Of a stretch of 64,000 bases of DNA, positions 1-9,977 are shown one piece after another. This DNA comes from Bacteroidales bacterium. GTDB taxonomy: Bacteria; Bacteroidota; Bacteroidia; Bacteroidales; WCHB1-69. Under the pieces are notes generated by a model that did no database searches, was not told the origin of the DNA, and saw only the letters and a list, made by a program, of their open reading frames with translations. The stretch's first letter is position 1; each line of letters starts with the position of its first letter. The stretch covers positions 34,264 to 98,263 of the forward strand of contig JAZLLK010000037.1 in NCBI GenBank assembly GCA_045598105.1, read 5' to 3'. Position numbers and translations under genes: made by a program.

Positions 1-927
1 ATTACCATAGCACATTTGGATGAAAATGAAATACGCAAAACCATACGATTTGGGGTAGAAAAAGGGCGTTTGCCTGAAAATATATACACCCAAAGCATAG
101 AGGAAATGCTTACCCGTATGAATTTATGTATAGGAGGCCATATCACCAATGCGGCCTTTGTGCTCTATGCCAAAAGTGAACATGCCGGGTTTCCGCAATG
201 TAAGTTGAAACTTGCCCGATTTGCAGGCAATGACAGGTCAGTATTCACCGATAGCCGACAGGTATGGGGCAATGCTTTTACCTTATTGAATGAGGCTATG
301 CAGTTTTGCTTTAAGCATTTGAACCTTTCCGGTAAAGTGAAGGGGCTGCATCGCAGTGAGCAGCTGAGTATTCCTTATGCCGCCCTACGAGAAGCCATAG
401 TAAATGCATTGTGCCATAGGGAGTATCACACCTTAGGCGGCTCGGTAAGCATAGCCATATATCATAACAGGGTAGAAGTGCAAAATATAGGCAAACTTCC
501 CGATATGCCGGATATACCGCACAAAAAATATGCCGTGCAGTCCATTCCCTTCAATCCGCTTATAGCCCAATCGTTTTATTATAGAGAGCTGTTTGAAAAT
601 TGGGGGCGGGGCATAGGGCTTATGGTGAATGAATGTAAAAAGGCACATGTGCCTGAACCGCTCATTACATCGGAATGCGGTATGGTAAGTGTGGTGTTTT
701 ATCTGTCTGATGAAAATCTGCCTGAAAATCTGCCTGAAAATGAGTTGGACAAAATGATAATAGCGGCAATAGCAGAAGATAATAATATAACATACAATGA
801 TTTGGCCAAAATATGTTCCCGCACACGGGAAACCATATGTGTACATATTAAACGACTGCAACAGCAGGGAATTATTACCCGTATAGGTCCTGATAAGGGT
901 GGCTATTGGCATATAAACCAAGAATAA
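1..927 (+). CDS. ATP-binding protein, RecG C-terminal-like (HATPase_c_4) domain plus C-terminal winged HTH; 5'-truncated
   Basis: Frame open from base 1; motifs ALREAIVNALCHREY and ENWGRGI; C-terminal HTH ending RIGPDKGGYW. Confidence 0.75.
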   Translation: MTIAHLDENEIRKTIRFGVEKGRLPENIYTQSIEEMLTRMNLCIGGHITNAAFVLYAKSEHAGFPQCKLKLARFAGNDRSVFTDSRQVWGNAFTLLNEAMQFCFKHLNLSGKVKGLHRSEQLSIPYAALREAIVNALCHREYHTLGGSVSIAIYHNRVEVQNIGKLPDMPDIPHKKYAVQSIPFNPLIAQSFYYRELFENWGRGIGLMVNECKKAHVPEPLITSECGMVSVVFYLSDENLPENLPENELDKMIIAAIAEDNNITYNDLAKICSRTRETICVHIKRLQQQGIITRIGPDKGGYWHINQE

Positions 928-929
928 AT

Positions 930-2264
930 ATGAAGAAATTATTAATATTGGCTTACGATTTTCCTCCTTACGTTTCCGTAGGGGCTTTGCGGCCCTACGC
1001 ATGGTACAAGTATTTGAAAGAATATGGCATATATCCCATAGTAGTTACCCGTCAGTGGGGCAATGCCTACGGGGATGAGCGGGACTATATAGCACCCGGG
1101 GAAAGCAGTGAAACCATAGTAGAGGAAACGGAGTATGGCACCCTTATTCGCACGCCCTACAAGCCCAATGTGGCCAATCGGCTTATGCTGAAATATGGTA
1201 AAAGCCGATATGCTTTACTACGCAAGGCCATAAGTGCCTACTATGAATTGGCCCAATATATATGGAATATAGGGCCCAAATCCTGCGTGTATCGCGGGGC
1301 CAAGCAATATTTAAAAACGCATAAGGCAGATGCTATTATTGCCACAAGCGAACCCTTTGTGTTATTTAAGTATGCGTCAGTACTAAGCGAACAATTCAAT
1401 ATTCCTTGGATTGCTGATTATAGAGATACGTGGGTACAAAGTTATAATAGAAATAAACATTACATCCAAAAATGCGTTAATCAAATATTTGAAAAGAAAT
1501 ATTTAACTGATGTATCAGCATCTACTACAGTCTCGGAGTATATAAAATTACAAATACAACAGGTGTACAATAGAAATATAAAAATTATTGCTAACGGATA
1601 TGATGATGATGTAATATCCGGAATTAGTCATTTACAGCAAAACAATCCAACGTATACCATATCATTTGCGGGTACGTTATATCCATGGCATCCCATAAAA
1701 AGTTTTTTCAATTGCATGGAAAAATTTATTAAGCAAAACAATATAAATGAGTTAAATATTGATTTTTATGGAACTAATAAAGAAAAATATATAACTGACA
1801 TAGTAGACAAGGATTATGCTGTATTACATTCATATATTCACGTTTATCCTAAAATGGCACATGAAAAATTGCTAAAAAAAATAGCGTCATCACATATATT
1901 GCTGCTATTTAATGATTATTCTGCTATGGGTACAAAAATATATGATTATATAGGGCTAAAAAGAAAAGTTTTATTATGTTATTCTAATGATAAAAATGCC
2001 AATGAATTAAAAAATGCATATTATCCTATACCCGAAATTAAAAGATTGAGTACGCACTTGCAAGCGGACTTGTTAAAAGACACCAATGCCGGTATTGTAG
2101 TTGAGAATGAAGAAGAATTAATAAAAGTATTAACTGAATTATATGATGAATATACCCATAACGGGTGTATAGCCTGTAATTCTCATGATATAGAAAAATA
2201 TTCCAGAAAAGAGCAAACCGGGAAATTAGCGGAAATAATTAATGATATTATCCATGAATGTTAA
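930..2264 (+). CDS. Glycosyltransferase, GT4-like
   Basis: N-terminal LILAYDFPP...GALR, PWIADYRDTW, IANGYD; ATG at 930 preferred over the track start at 906. Confidence 0.8.
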   Translation: MKKLLILAYDFPPYVSVGALRPYAWYKYLKEYGIYPIVVTRQWGNAYGDERDYIAPGESSETIVEETEYGTLIRTPYKPNVANRLMLKYGKSRYALLRKAISAYYELAQYIWNIGPKSCVYRGAKQYLKTHKADAIIATSEPFVLFKYASVLSEQFNIPWIADYRDTWVQSYNRNKHYIQKCVNQIFEKKYLTDVSASTTVSEYIKLQIQQVYNRNIKIIANGYDDDVISGISHLQQNNPTYTISFAGTLYPWHPIKSFFNCMEKFIKQNNINELNIDFYGTNKEKYITDIVDKDYAVLHSYIHVYPKMAHEKLLKKIASSHILLLFNDYSAMGTKIYDYIGLKRKVLLCYSNDKNANELKNAYYPIPEIKRLSTHLQADLLKDTNAGIVVENEEELIKVLTELYDEYTHNGCIACNSHDIEKYSRKEQTGKLAEIINDIIHEC

Positions 2265-3327
2265 ATTTGAAAAATACACAGAAAACAGGGATGAAGAAGT
2301 AGGAAAACTACTGAGCAGAACTCAATTTATGGATGCGCATGCTAGTGCAAGAGATAGTGTGATACATAGTGTATTTGCATATCAAAATGATACCGATAAG
2401 GACAGAATATACCGTGGGGTAGTTATGAAGAATGATAAGGATGAAATAGTAGGGTACATGGGTGCCATGTATCAGCCATGTACTTATAAAGGAGTAGATT
2501 ATGATATGTATCAAACCTCCTCCGCCTTTATAGATCCTAATTATAGAGGTAATTTATCCCATATATTTAAATGCTTCGCAGATAATGTTCCTGCTCATAC
2601 TTTGGTTTCCAGTATAGGAGCTTCGCTCTCCAGCGTAATACACAGTACCGAAAAGGCCGGCTTTATACAAATAAATCAGCAACGATTTGCCACACAATAT
2701 GTATATCCTATCAGTATGAACGCGTTTGTACAGGAATATGCAAATAGCGGGTGGAAAAAAATAGTGTTAAATATGGCTAAGCCATTGCTGAAATGTGTAT
2801 TTCGTAATAAAACCTTTAAGTTGTATGAATCGCACATAATGCCGAATTTCAACAATGATTATACTTTGGTAGAGCAGGAGTATAAAAAGAGAAATTTCAA
2901 TAATTTGGTAGTAAAATGGAATAGAGAACTGTTACAACTGAAATTTGAAAAAAGATTAAATACACATATAGACCAACTGCGTGAAAATGAAATAGTGCAT
3001 GTGTGCGTATATAATACTAAGCAAGATATAATAGGTTCCATGGTAGTGGCTAAGGTACGGGAATTTAATAAACTGATGCTAATAGATATGCAAACTATAG
3101 AGCATGATAGATCTGCCATAGTAGCCTCATTACTACATGCCATTATGAATTCCAAATACGCTTCCTTATTGATATATGGAATAGAAGAATGCTATATGGA
3201 ATGCATAAAGAAACAATATAAATTATTAAAGAAACAGAAAAATTGGAGAATCTATTACATTCCGTCTCCCTTATTGCCTACGGAAGATGTAAGTATAGTA
3301 TATTCCGATGATGATGTTAATTATTAA
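2254..3327 (+). CDS. Hypothetical protein, possibly GNAT-fold acyltransferase of a glycan locus
   Basis: IVGYMG and FIDPNYRG resemble the GNAT acyl-CoA motif; overlaps the upstream GT stop. Confidence 0.45.
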   Translation: MNVKFEKYTENRDEEVGKLLSRTQFMDAHASARDSVIHSVFAYQNDTDKDRIYRGVVMKNDKDEIVGYMGAMYQPCTYKGVDYDMYQTSSAFIDPNYRGNLSHIFKCFADNVPAHTLVSSIGASLSSVIHSTEKAGFIQINQQRFATQYVYPISMNAFVQEYANSGWKKIVLNMAKPLLKCVFRNKTFKLYESHIMPNFNNDYTLVEQEYKKRNFNNLVVKWNRELLQLKFEKRLNTHIDQLRENEIVHVCVYNTKQDIIGSMVVAKVREFNKLMLIDMQTIEHDRSAIVASLLHAIMNSKYASLLIYGIEECYMECIKKQYKLLKKQKNWRIYYIPSPLLPTEDVSIVYSDDDVNY

Positions 3328-3341
3328 TAAAACAAGAAAAA

Positions 3342-4214
3342 ATGAGTATTTATATATACAACTTTCACAGCGTTAGCAATGAGCAGTCTCCTGCTTATCC
3401 GCCTATGCCGGTAAAGACTTTTGAGCGGGTAATTAAGTACTTACAAAGGTATTATGTAATTGTTCCTCAAGAAGAATTGCTTACTACAGCTATGCCTTAT
3501 ACTAAAAAGGATAAGTGCGTAATTACCTTTGATGATGGATACAAGGACTTTATGGATAATGCTTTACCCGTTATAGCCAAGCATCAGGTGCCGGTCAGTC
3601 TGCATGTGGTAAGTAATACGGCTACTACAGGGGAAATGTTTTGGACACAAAAGCTGAACAAAACATTGGAAGCCTATTATAAACAAAGAAAATCCATAAC
3701 CAATGTTTTTCCTCAAATATATCATATTAACAATCTAAAAGATATAGAGAAAATTGCGGTAGAAATATATATGCAATTGTTAAATGACAATAGCAGAGAT
3801 GATATCATAGATACCATGATTAATAATTTGCGTGCGCCCATAGATTCTACTCCCATGCTCACATGGGAGGATATACAGGCTTTGCCTAAGCAATGGGTAG
3901 CTATAGGCTCTCATACCCACAGCCACACCAATTTACTTACCTTATCAGCAGAAGAGGTTTATAATGAGCTGCTTGCTTCGTATCAGCAAATACAGGAGCA
4001 CACCGGTACTGCACCTATATCCATAGCCTATCCTAACGGACAATACAACGAAAACATTAATAATATGGCCCGTGAAATAGGCTATAAAATAATGTACACC
4101 TGCAATGAAGCTAAAAATAGGTTTAATACGTTAGGGTTATACAATAGGGAAAATGTGTACAATACCAGTTTCTGGAAGAATTGGGTTAAACTTTTATATT
4201 GGCAATATAAATAA
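3342..4214 (+). CDS. Polysaccharide deacetylase (CE4/NodB)
   Basis: ITFDDGY, GSHTHSH and IAYPNG motifs. Confidence 0.9.
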   Translation: MSIYIYNFHSVSNEQSPAYPPMPVKTFERVIKYLQRYYVIVPQEELLTTAMPYTKKDKCVITFDDGYKDFMDNALPVIAKHQVPVSLHVVSNTATTGEMFWTQKLNKTLEAYYKQRKSITNVFPQIYHINNLKDIEKIAVEIYMQLLNDNSRDDIIDTMINNLRAPIDSTPMLTWEDIQALPKQWVAIGSHTHSHTNLLTLSAEEVYNELLASYQQIQEHTGTAPISIAYPNGQYNENINNMAREIGYKIMYTCNEAKNRFNTLGLYNRENVYNTSFWKNWVKLLYWQYK

Positions 4215-4215
4215 C

Positions 4216-6120
4216 ATGAATATATTATCAATCATATACTTATTGATATCTTTAATGCTCTATTATATAATAGGTTGGAGTATAACGCATCTATTTAAAG
4301 CAATTAATACAGCACATATATTTTATAATGTGTTTGTTCGTTTACTTATAGGGTTAGTTATAGTACTTACTGTTTATGCCTTCATAAAAACGAGTGGTCA
4401 TACAATATGTTGTGGTTTTATTGTAGTTGGTATATTATATATTATATCGTATATTAATCATAATCGCGAGCAATTCGTAACATTTCGTTCTATCACTATA
4501 GGTAATGAGTGTATCGCAATAGGAGTTGTGTTAGTATTAGGAGTTTTATTCTATTGTTATCAAGGATGTTTTTTTTATCATAATATATGCAATAATATTC
4601 CTCACGGAGACTATTCGGGATATGCAACCATACAAGGAATACTTAATAGCTATGGTATAGAATCATATGCATGGCAAAATGTAGCATTGGAACATGGTAC
4701 ATTGCCAACTCCCTATCATTATTTTGATTTATGGTTGCCTTCCATGTATGTGTTTTTATTTAATATACCTGTATATGAAGCACAAGTGATAATATCACAA
4801 AGCATACTTATGGCTATACTAAGTGTAGGAATGATAGCATTAACAAGGCAGTTTACCCATAATAAGTTAATACAGGGACTATCCATATTGTCCATATTCT
4901 TTTCAGGACTATTGTTTTACAAAGTATTACCACAATCTTCGGACTTTATTTTTTCTAACTCCTGTAGTTTAAAATATTTGTCCGTTGGTATTTTTTTGCT
5001 TTTAACATGCATAAAAATAGTACGTAAAGAAGATGATTATTATTATCCGTTGTTATGTCTGCCTATATTAAATATAATAACTATTCCATCAGTTTTAGGT
5101 TCCATATTCCTTATATTATTAGTACAATGTATTAGAAAAGAATTATCTGTTAAGATCGCTATTATTATATTATTAAAATTTTTAATAATAGTTCTATTTA
5201 TAGGAGCATTTTATTGTTTGCAATCAAGCGGGAATAATGACACATGGAAATTATTATCAGGTACGCTATACTATAATGTATTACAGCCGTTAAAGCCATT
5301 GAAAATATTGGCGGGAAGTCTGTTAATATTGGTAAGTATCTATTTTTGTTATTTTATTCCATACATTATATGTATTATAAAAGAGCATGGTAAAATATGC
5401 CTAAATAATACAGTTTTATGTACCTTTAGTGTAAGTATCCCCATTGTCGGATTATTAGCATGGAGTTATACAAATATTTTAGCAGATTCCATGCAATTTT
5501 TTGCTGTTACAGGTATTATTGTTATTAATATGTTAATATGGATAACAATAATGAAGTGCTATGTTAAGTGCAATAAGACAGGTAAAATACTATTAGGTAT
5601 ATATATAGTTGTATTATTTATAATTAATATATGGCGTTTACATGATGTTCCTTTTTATAGATATACTAAAGTTGAAAATGCTAATTATGTGCTTGCTGTG
5701 TCAAGTGCAATGAATGAATGCCATGCCGTAAAAGGTATGTATTGCAATGATTCAAGCGAAATGGTGAGTTATTGGAGTTATAATGATTTTGGATATGGCA
5801 ACTTGATGAAACCATTTGTTAAAGAGTTATATATACCCAAAGTATATCCTGCTCATAGTATAGAGCACTTTAATGAAATAGAGCAATTGAGAATAAAAAA
5901 TGCTATAGCGAAAACAGCATTTGCTCATTTTATTCAAGAAAATACATCCATATCAAATTATGATAGTCTTCAATATTTATTTGCAAAACAAATAAATGCC
6001 GATTTTATCATGCTTAGTAAAAAATCAACTCTTAGCCCTATGTTTACTCCTTATATAGATACTATATATACAGATAAAATATCAGGAGAACGGTGTGTTA
6101 TGTTAAAATCATTGCATTAG
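4216..6120 (+). CDS. Polytopic membrane protein, possibly GT-C-like glycan modification
   Basis: Many hydrophobic helices, PYHYFDLW loop, AT-rich; ATG 4216 lies 2 nt after the upstream stop. Confidence 0.55.
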   Translation: MNILSIIYLLISLMLYYIIGWSITHLFKAINTAHIFYNVFVRLLIGLVIVLTVYAFIKTSGHTICCGFIVVGILYIISYINHNREQFVTFRSITIGNECIAIGVVLVLGVLFYCYQGCFFYHNICNNIPHGDYSGYATIQGILNSYGIESYAWQNVALEHGTLPTPYHYFDLWLPSMYVFLFNIPVYEAQVIISQSILMAILSVGMIALTRQFTHNKLIQGLSILSIFFSGLLFYKVLPQSSDFIFSNSCSLKYLSVGIFLLLTCIKIVRKEDDYYYPLLCLPILNIITIPSVLGSIFLILLVQCIRKELSVKIAIIILLKFLIIVLFIGAFYCLQSSGNNDTWKLLSGTLYYNVLQPLKPLKILAGSLLILVSIYFCYFIPYIICIIKEHGKICLNNTVLCTFSVSIPIVGLLAWSYTNILADSMQFFAVTGIIVINMLIWITIMKCYVKCNKTGKILLGIYIVVLFIINIWRLHDVPFYRYTKVENANYVLAVSSAMNECHAVKGMYCNDSSEMVSYWSYNDFGYGNLMKPFVKELYIPKVYPAHSIEHFNEIEQLRIKNAIAKTAFAHFIQENTSISNYDSLQYLFAKQINADFIMLSKKSTLSPMFTPYIDTIYTDKISGERCVMLKSLH

Positions 6121-6126
6121 TATTTT

Positions 6127-7752
6127 ATGTATATCAAGATAAAAAAAACGATACATAAATATTGGTTTATATTATTTACCCTGCTATGCATTATGGCAGG
6201 TTTTTACCTGCTCAATCACTATACGCATCTCTATAGTGATGATTACAGCATAGCCTATGAGCGGGGTTATGGTCGTATAGACAATATGGAGAAGGTGTTG
6301 GCGGCCACGCGGGACTATTACCTCACCTGGAGTGGGGCAATCATGCCTACGGTAATAGGGCATATCATGGCGGGATGCCTGCAGGGCGGACCCGTATTTC
6401 ATATCATCAACACCCTTATGGCGGCCTGTCTGCTGCTGCTTATGTGCCTGCTATGCAGGCAAAAAGAGGTAAAGGAACGGCATACGCCTGTTATACTGCT
6501 GCTATGGCTTATCATACTGCTATGGTGGTGCACGCCCATGCCGGGAGAAACCCTGCTGTGGATGGCGGGTAGCATCAATTACCTGTGGAATGGAGTATGG
6601 ATATTATTGTTTATATGGGTATATTATAAATATGCATGCAAAAAAACAGCTGTTTTACAACTTTTGTTACTCTTTTTTATAGCCCTTATAGCCGGCAGCA
6701 CCCACGTGCTGGCCGTAACGGCCTTAGGCATGGCTTTAATAGTATATAACATACTGTATCGCAAGCACATTACACGCACACATATAGTCATGTGCATGGG
6801 CTTTCTGCTGGGAGCGGCGGTATTGCTGCTGGCCCCCGGTAATAGGGTACGCTATCAGGAGATAATGGCGGGCTATGCGGGAGCTGTCGCACATATTCGG
6901 CACATGGTGTATTCCTGCCTGCTCACCTGGGCACACTATAAGGCCGTATATGCCGTAGCCATAGTGCTTATAGTGTGGAGCATACGTAACCCATCCGGCT
7001 GCAGGGATTTCTGTCGCAATAATATGTGGCTGCTGCTGGTTACCGCCGCTATGGTGATAAGCTATAGCTTTATATTCCGCCCGGAACCCAGGAACGCCTT
7101 CTATGCGGAGCTGTTGGCTATGGTGGTTTTGGTAAAAATGCTTACTTCCTATGTATCAGTTAAAAACAACGCCATATTTATAGTGTTACTTTCAATATTT
7201 ACTATAGCGGATTATGCTTATGCCCTAGGTGCTGCCAAGCGTCAGTATGCGTGTAACATGGCCTTAATAGAGGAGTTGCAGACACATGGGGGAGAGGCCT
7301 GTTTTGAGCCCATACCCTCACCGCACCGCATGGTAAATCCCATACGCATAGATAGCTGGGCACGCTATGGCATAATGCAGCATTACGGCTTACCACAGTT
7401 GGTGTTGCATCCTAAAATATATGCATTGCGGCAGCAGTTTCCACAGCTGTGCATGCCGGACATGCAGGCTAAACATATACATCCTTACGCTTATATTATC
7501 AATAATAAATGTGTGTTGCAGGTGCCTGCTGCCATTGCGGAGCATGATAGCATGATGGTGCAGGTTACTTATGCCGTGCCCTGTAAGTGGCATAGGGTTC
7601 TAAGGCATGTTATGGGAGTATACACCATGGAACCAACCTGCTCATACAGCTTGCCGGCAGACTATGAATATGAAGGGTATAAGTATTACATTATCCCATC
7701 ATTGTTTTCACCCCACGATGCTGTAGTAAGCAAATTAACTATTAATAATTAA
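6127..7752 (+). CDS. DUF6056-like membrane protein (putative GT-C glycosyltransferase)
   Basis: LYSDDY, WMAGSINYLW and LLAPGNRVR motifs; multiple TM helices. Confidence 0.65.
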   Translation: MYIKIKKTIHKYWFILFTLLCIMAGFYLLNHYTHLYSDDYSIAYERGYGRIDNMEKVLAATRDYYLTWSGAIMPTVIGHIMAGCLQGGPVFHIINTLMAACLLLLMCLLCRQKEVKERHTPVILLLWLIILLWWCTPMPGETLLWMAGSINYLWNGVWILLFIWVYYKYACKKTAVLQLLLLFFIALIAGSTHVLAVTALGMALIVYNILYRKHITRTHIVMCMGFLLGAAVLLLAPGNRVRYQEIMAGYAGAVAHIRHMVYSCLLTWAHYKAVYAVAIVLIVWSIRNPSGCRDFCRNNMWLLLVTAAMVISYSFIFRPEPRNAFYAELLAMVVLVKMLTSYVSVKNNAIFIVLLSIFTIADYAYALGAAKRQYACNMALIEELQTHGGEACFEPIPSPHRMVNPIRIDSWARYGIMQHYGLPQLVLHPKIYALRQQFPQLCMPDMQAKHIHPYAYIINNKCVLQVPAAIAEHDSMMVQVTYAVPCKWHRVLRHVMGVYTMEPTCSYSLPADYEYEGYKYYIIPSLFSPHDAVVSKLTINN

Positions 7753-8134
7753 TGTATATGTGGCCTTTTTTTCGTTGGCTATATCGTAAAAAAATTTTTT
7801 TATAAAAAAAAAGAGAAACAAGGGTGTATGGAGTCGCTGCACAAGTTGTAGCCTGTACCATGTTTTTCTTATTTTTTTTCTTTTGTCGGTTAAACCGTGA
7901 AAAAAGAAAAACATCATGTAATACATTGTTTCCCAATGCTAATAAGTGTTATTACTGTATATAAACCAAAAAGAAAACACGTCAACCAATATTGCAATCC
8001 TGTTGCAATGAAATATAACATATATATTATTTAACAAAGAAAACAACGGTTGCAGTATACAACAACACATTCATAAGGTTATTTTTCTTTATTAAAAAAA
8101 TGCTTTATAGCCCACAAAATAACAAAAAAAGTGT

Positions 8135-8142
8135 TACATTTG
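8135..8142 (+). promoter_or_regulatory. Bacteroidetes -7 promoter element of the TM1266-hydG operon
   Basis: TACATTTG matches TAnnTTTG, 77 nt upstream of ATG 8219. Confidence 0.6.
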
Positions 8143-8218
8143 TACTTGTAAACTTCACGAGGGATTGTATCGCTTGTGTAAGTAATGTTAAACCCCCTAA
8201 TTCAAAAGTAACGCACTG

Positions 8219-8467
8219 ATGGAGAAGAGAATAGGAACTATAAGTATAGTCATTACCCATAGAGGAATAGTAGAGGACGTAAACGCATTGTTGTCGTCGT
8301 ATGCTTCCATTATACTTTCGCGTAATGGTATGCCCATGCATGAGGAACACATTTCCATTATTACTTTGGTGGTAAAAAGTGATGCCGATACCATTAATGC
8401 GCTTACCGGCAAGCTGGGGAAGATACAGGGAGTGAAAGTTAAATCATTGTTAATAAAAACATTATAA
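8219..8467 (+). CDS. TM1266-family iron-only hydrogenase system putative regulator
   Basis: 82 aa ACT-like protein, INALTGKLGKIQGVKVKS, directly upstream of hydG. Confidence 0.85.
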   Translation: MEKRIGTISIVITHRGIVEDVNALLSSYASIILSRNGMPMHEEHISIITLVVKSDADTINALTGKLGKIQGVKVKSLLIKTL

Positions 8468-8477
8468 TATATTCATT

Positions 8478-9878
8478 ATGAAACAGGAAAAATTTCAGAA
8501 CTTCATAGATCGTGAAAAGCTCTATGGATTATTGGAAGGGAATGTGCCTACCGAGGCAGAGTTGCAGCAGGTATTGACCAAGGCCAAAAAGTTAAAAGGT
8601 TTGTCTTTAGAAGATGTAGCCGTATTGCTACGGGTTACCGATAAGGCACAAATACATGAAATAATGGAAACGGCCAAATATGCCAAGGAGCAGATATATG
8701 GCAAGCGTTTGGTTTTGTTTGCCCCGCTATACACGGGTAATGTGTGCGTGAACAATTGTGTATATTGTGCCTTCCGTCGTGACAACAAGGCCATTAAGCG
8801 TAAAGTGCTCAATATGGATGAAATAGAGAGCGAAACCACCTCTTTATTGAAAGAAGGGCATAAGAGGGTATTGCTCATTTGCGGTGAGTCACCGCGTAAT
8901 GACATCAACTATTATTGTGAGGCTATACGTCATACCTATGCTGCCCGTTATAACAGGCACTATGTTCGCCGTATCAATGTAGAGTTGGCACCCCTCAGCA
9001 TAGAAGAATTTCAACGCCTAAAAGCAGAAAAAATAGGTACTTACGTATGTTTCCAGGAGACTTACGACCCCATAGCCTATAAGGAATTTCATCCGGCCGG
9101 CACCCCTAAAGGTGATTATTTGAACCGTTTGCTGGTAATGGACCGTGCCATGGAAGGCGGCATTAATGATGTGGGACTGGGCGTATTGTTCGGACTGGTA
9201 GATTACCGTTTTGAAATACTGGCCATTATGGAGCATGCTGCTCACCTGGAAGCCGTATTCGGTTGCGGACCGCACACCGTGAGTTTCCCGCGTATAGAAC
9301 CTGCAGAGGGAGTGGAATTTACCAATCATATTCCTCATCCCGTATCGGATGATGACTTTAAGAAGATAATAGCCATAATACGTATAGCCATGCCTTATAC
9401 CGGCATTATACTCAGTACCCGTGAAAATGACGCCATGCGTAATGAGCTGATAGAATACGGCGTAAGCCAAATATCGGCCGGCTCCCGTACCAATCCCGGT
9501 GCTTACAGTGAAGAAGAAGAGGGCACAGGCAGCCAGTTCTCATTAGGCGACCATCGTACCATGGATGACGTAATATCCAATATGATAGATGGCGGCTACA
9601 TACCTTCCTTCTGCACAGGTTGTTATCGTAAGGGCAGAGTAGGTGCCGATTTTATGGATTTGGCTAAGCCGGGTTTGATTAAGCAGTTCTGCATGCCTAA
9701 CGGACTGTTTACCTTCAATGAATACCTTAATGACTTTGCTTCCCCCGAAACTAAAGCTAAAGGTAAGGCCCTTATAAAGAAAATAGTAGAAAACGACGTA
9801 AACAATAAGCAATTGCAGGAAACCATCAATACCAATTTGGAAAAAATAGATGGCGGTGAACGTGATATTTACCTATAA
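8478..9878 (+). CDS. hydG: [FeFe]-hydrogenase H-cluster radical SAM maturase HydG
   Basis: LFAPLY, CVNNCVYC radical SAM motif, C-terminal CTGC-x22-C second cluster motif (distinguishes it from ThiH). Confidence 0.9.
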   Translation: MKQEKFQNFIDREKLYGLLEGNVPTEAELQQVLTKAKKLKGLSLEDVAVLLRVTDKAQIHEIMETAKYAKEQIYGKRLVLFAPLYTGNVCVNNCVYCAFRRDNKAIKRKVLNMDEIESETTSLLKEGHKRVLLICGESPRNDINYYCEAIRHTYAARYNRHYVRRINVELAPLSIEEFQRLKAEKIGTYVCFQETYDPIAYKEFHPAGTPKGDYLNRLLVMDRAMEGGINDVGLGVLFGLVDYRFEILAIMEHAAHLEAVFGCGPHTVSFPRIEPAEGVEFTNHIPHPVSDDDFKKIIAIIRIAMPYTGIILSTRENDAMRNELIEYGVSQISAGSRTNPGAYSEEEEGTGSQFSLGDHRTMDDVISNMIDGGYIPSFCTGCYRKGRVGADFMDLAKPGLIKQFCMPNGLFTFNEYLNDFASPETKAKGKALIKKIVENDVNNKQLQETINTNLEKIDGGERDIYL

Positions 9879-9926
9879 TAACATTACGCAAGCATATTGC
9901 ATCGTATTTAATTGAATGTTAAACCA

Positions 9927-9951
9927 AAAGGAACCCCACAAGGGTTCCTTT
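9927..9951 (+). terminator. Intrinsic terminator after hydG
   Basis: AAAGGAACCC-CACAA-GGGTTCCTTT stem followed by GTTGTT. Confidence 0.7.
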
Positions 9952-9977
9952 GTTGTTATATCCGACCGTAACCGGTC

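Noticed and set aside
712-741. 12-nt tandem repeat (ENLP units)
   Set aside because: Low-complexity linker typical before the HTH in this protein family
8143-8218. Riboswitch in the hyd operon leader
   Set aside because: Only weak pairing (GAGGG/CCCCT); no convincing match to a known aptamer
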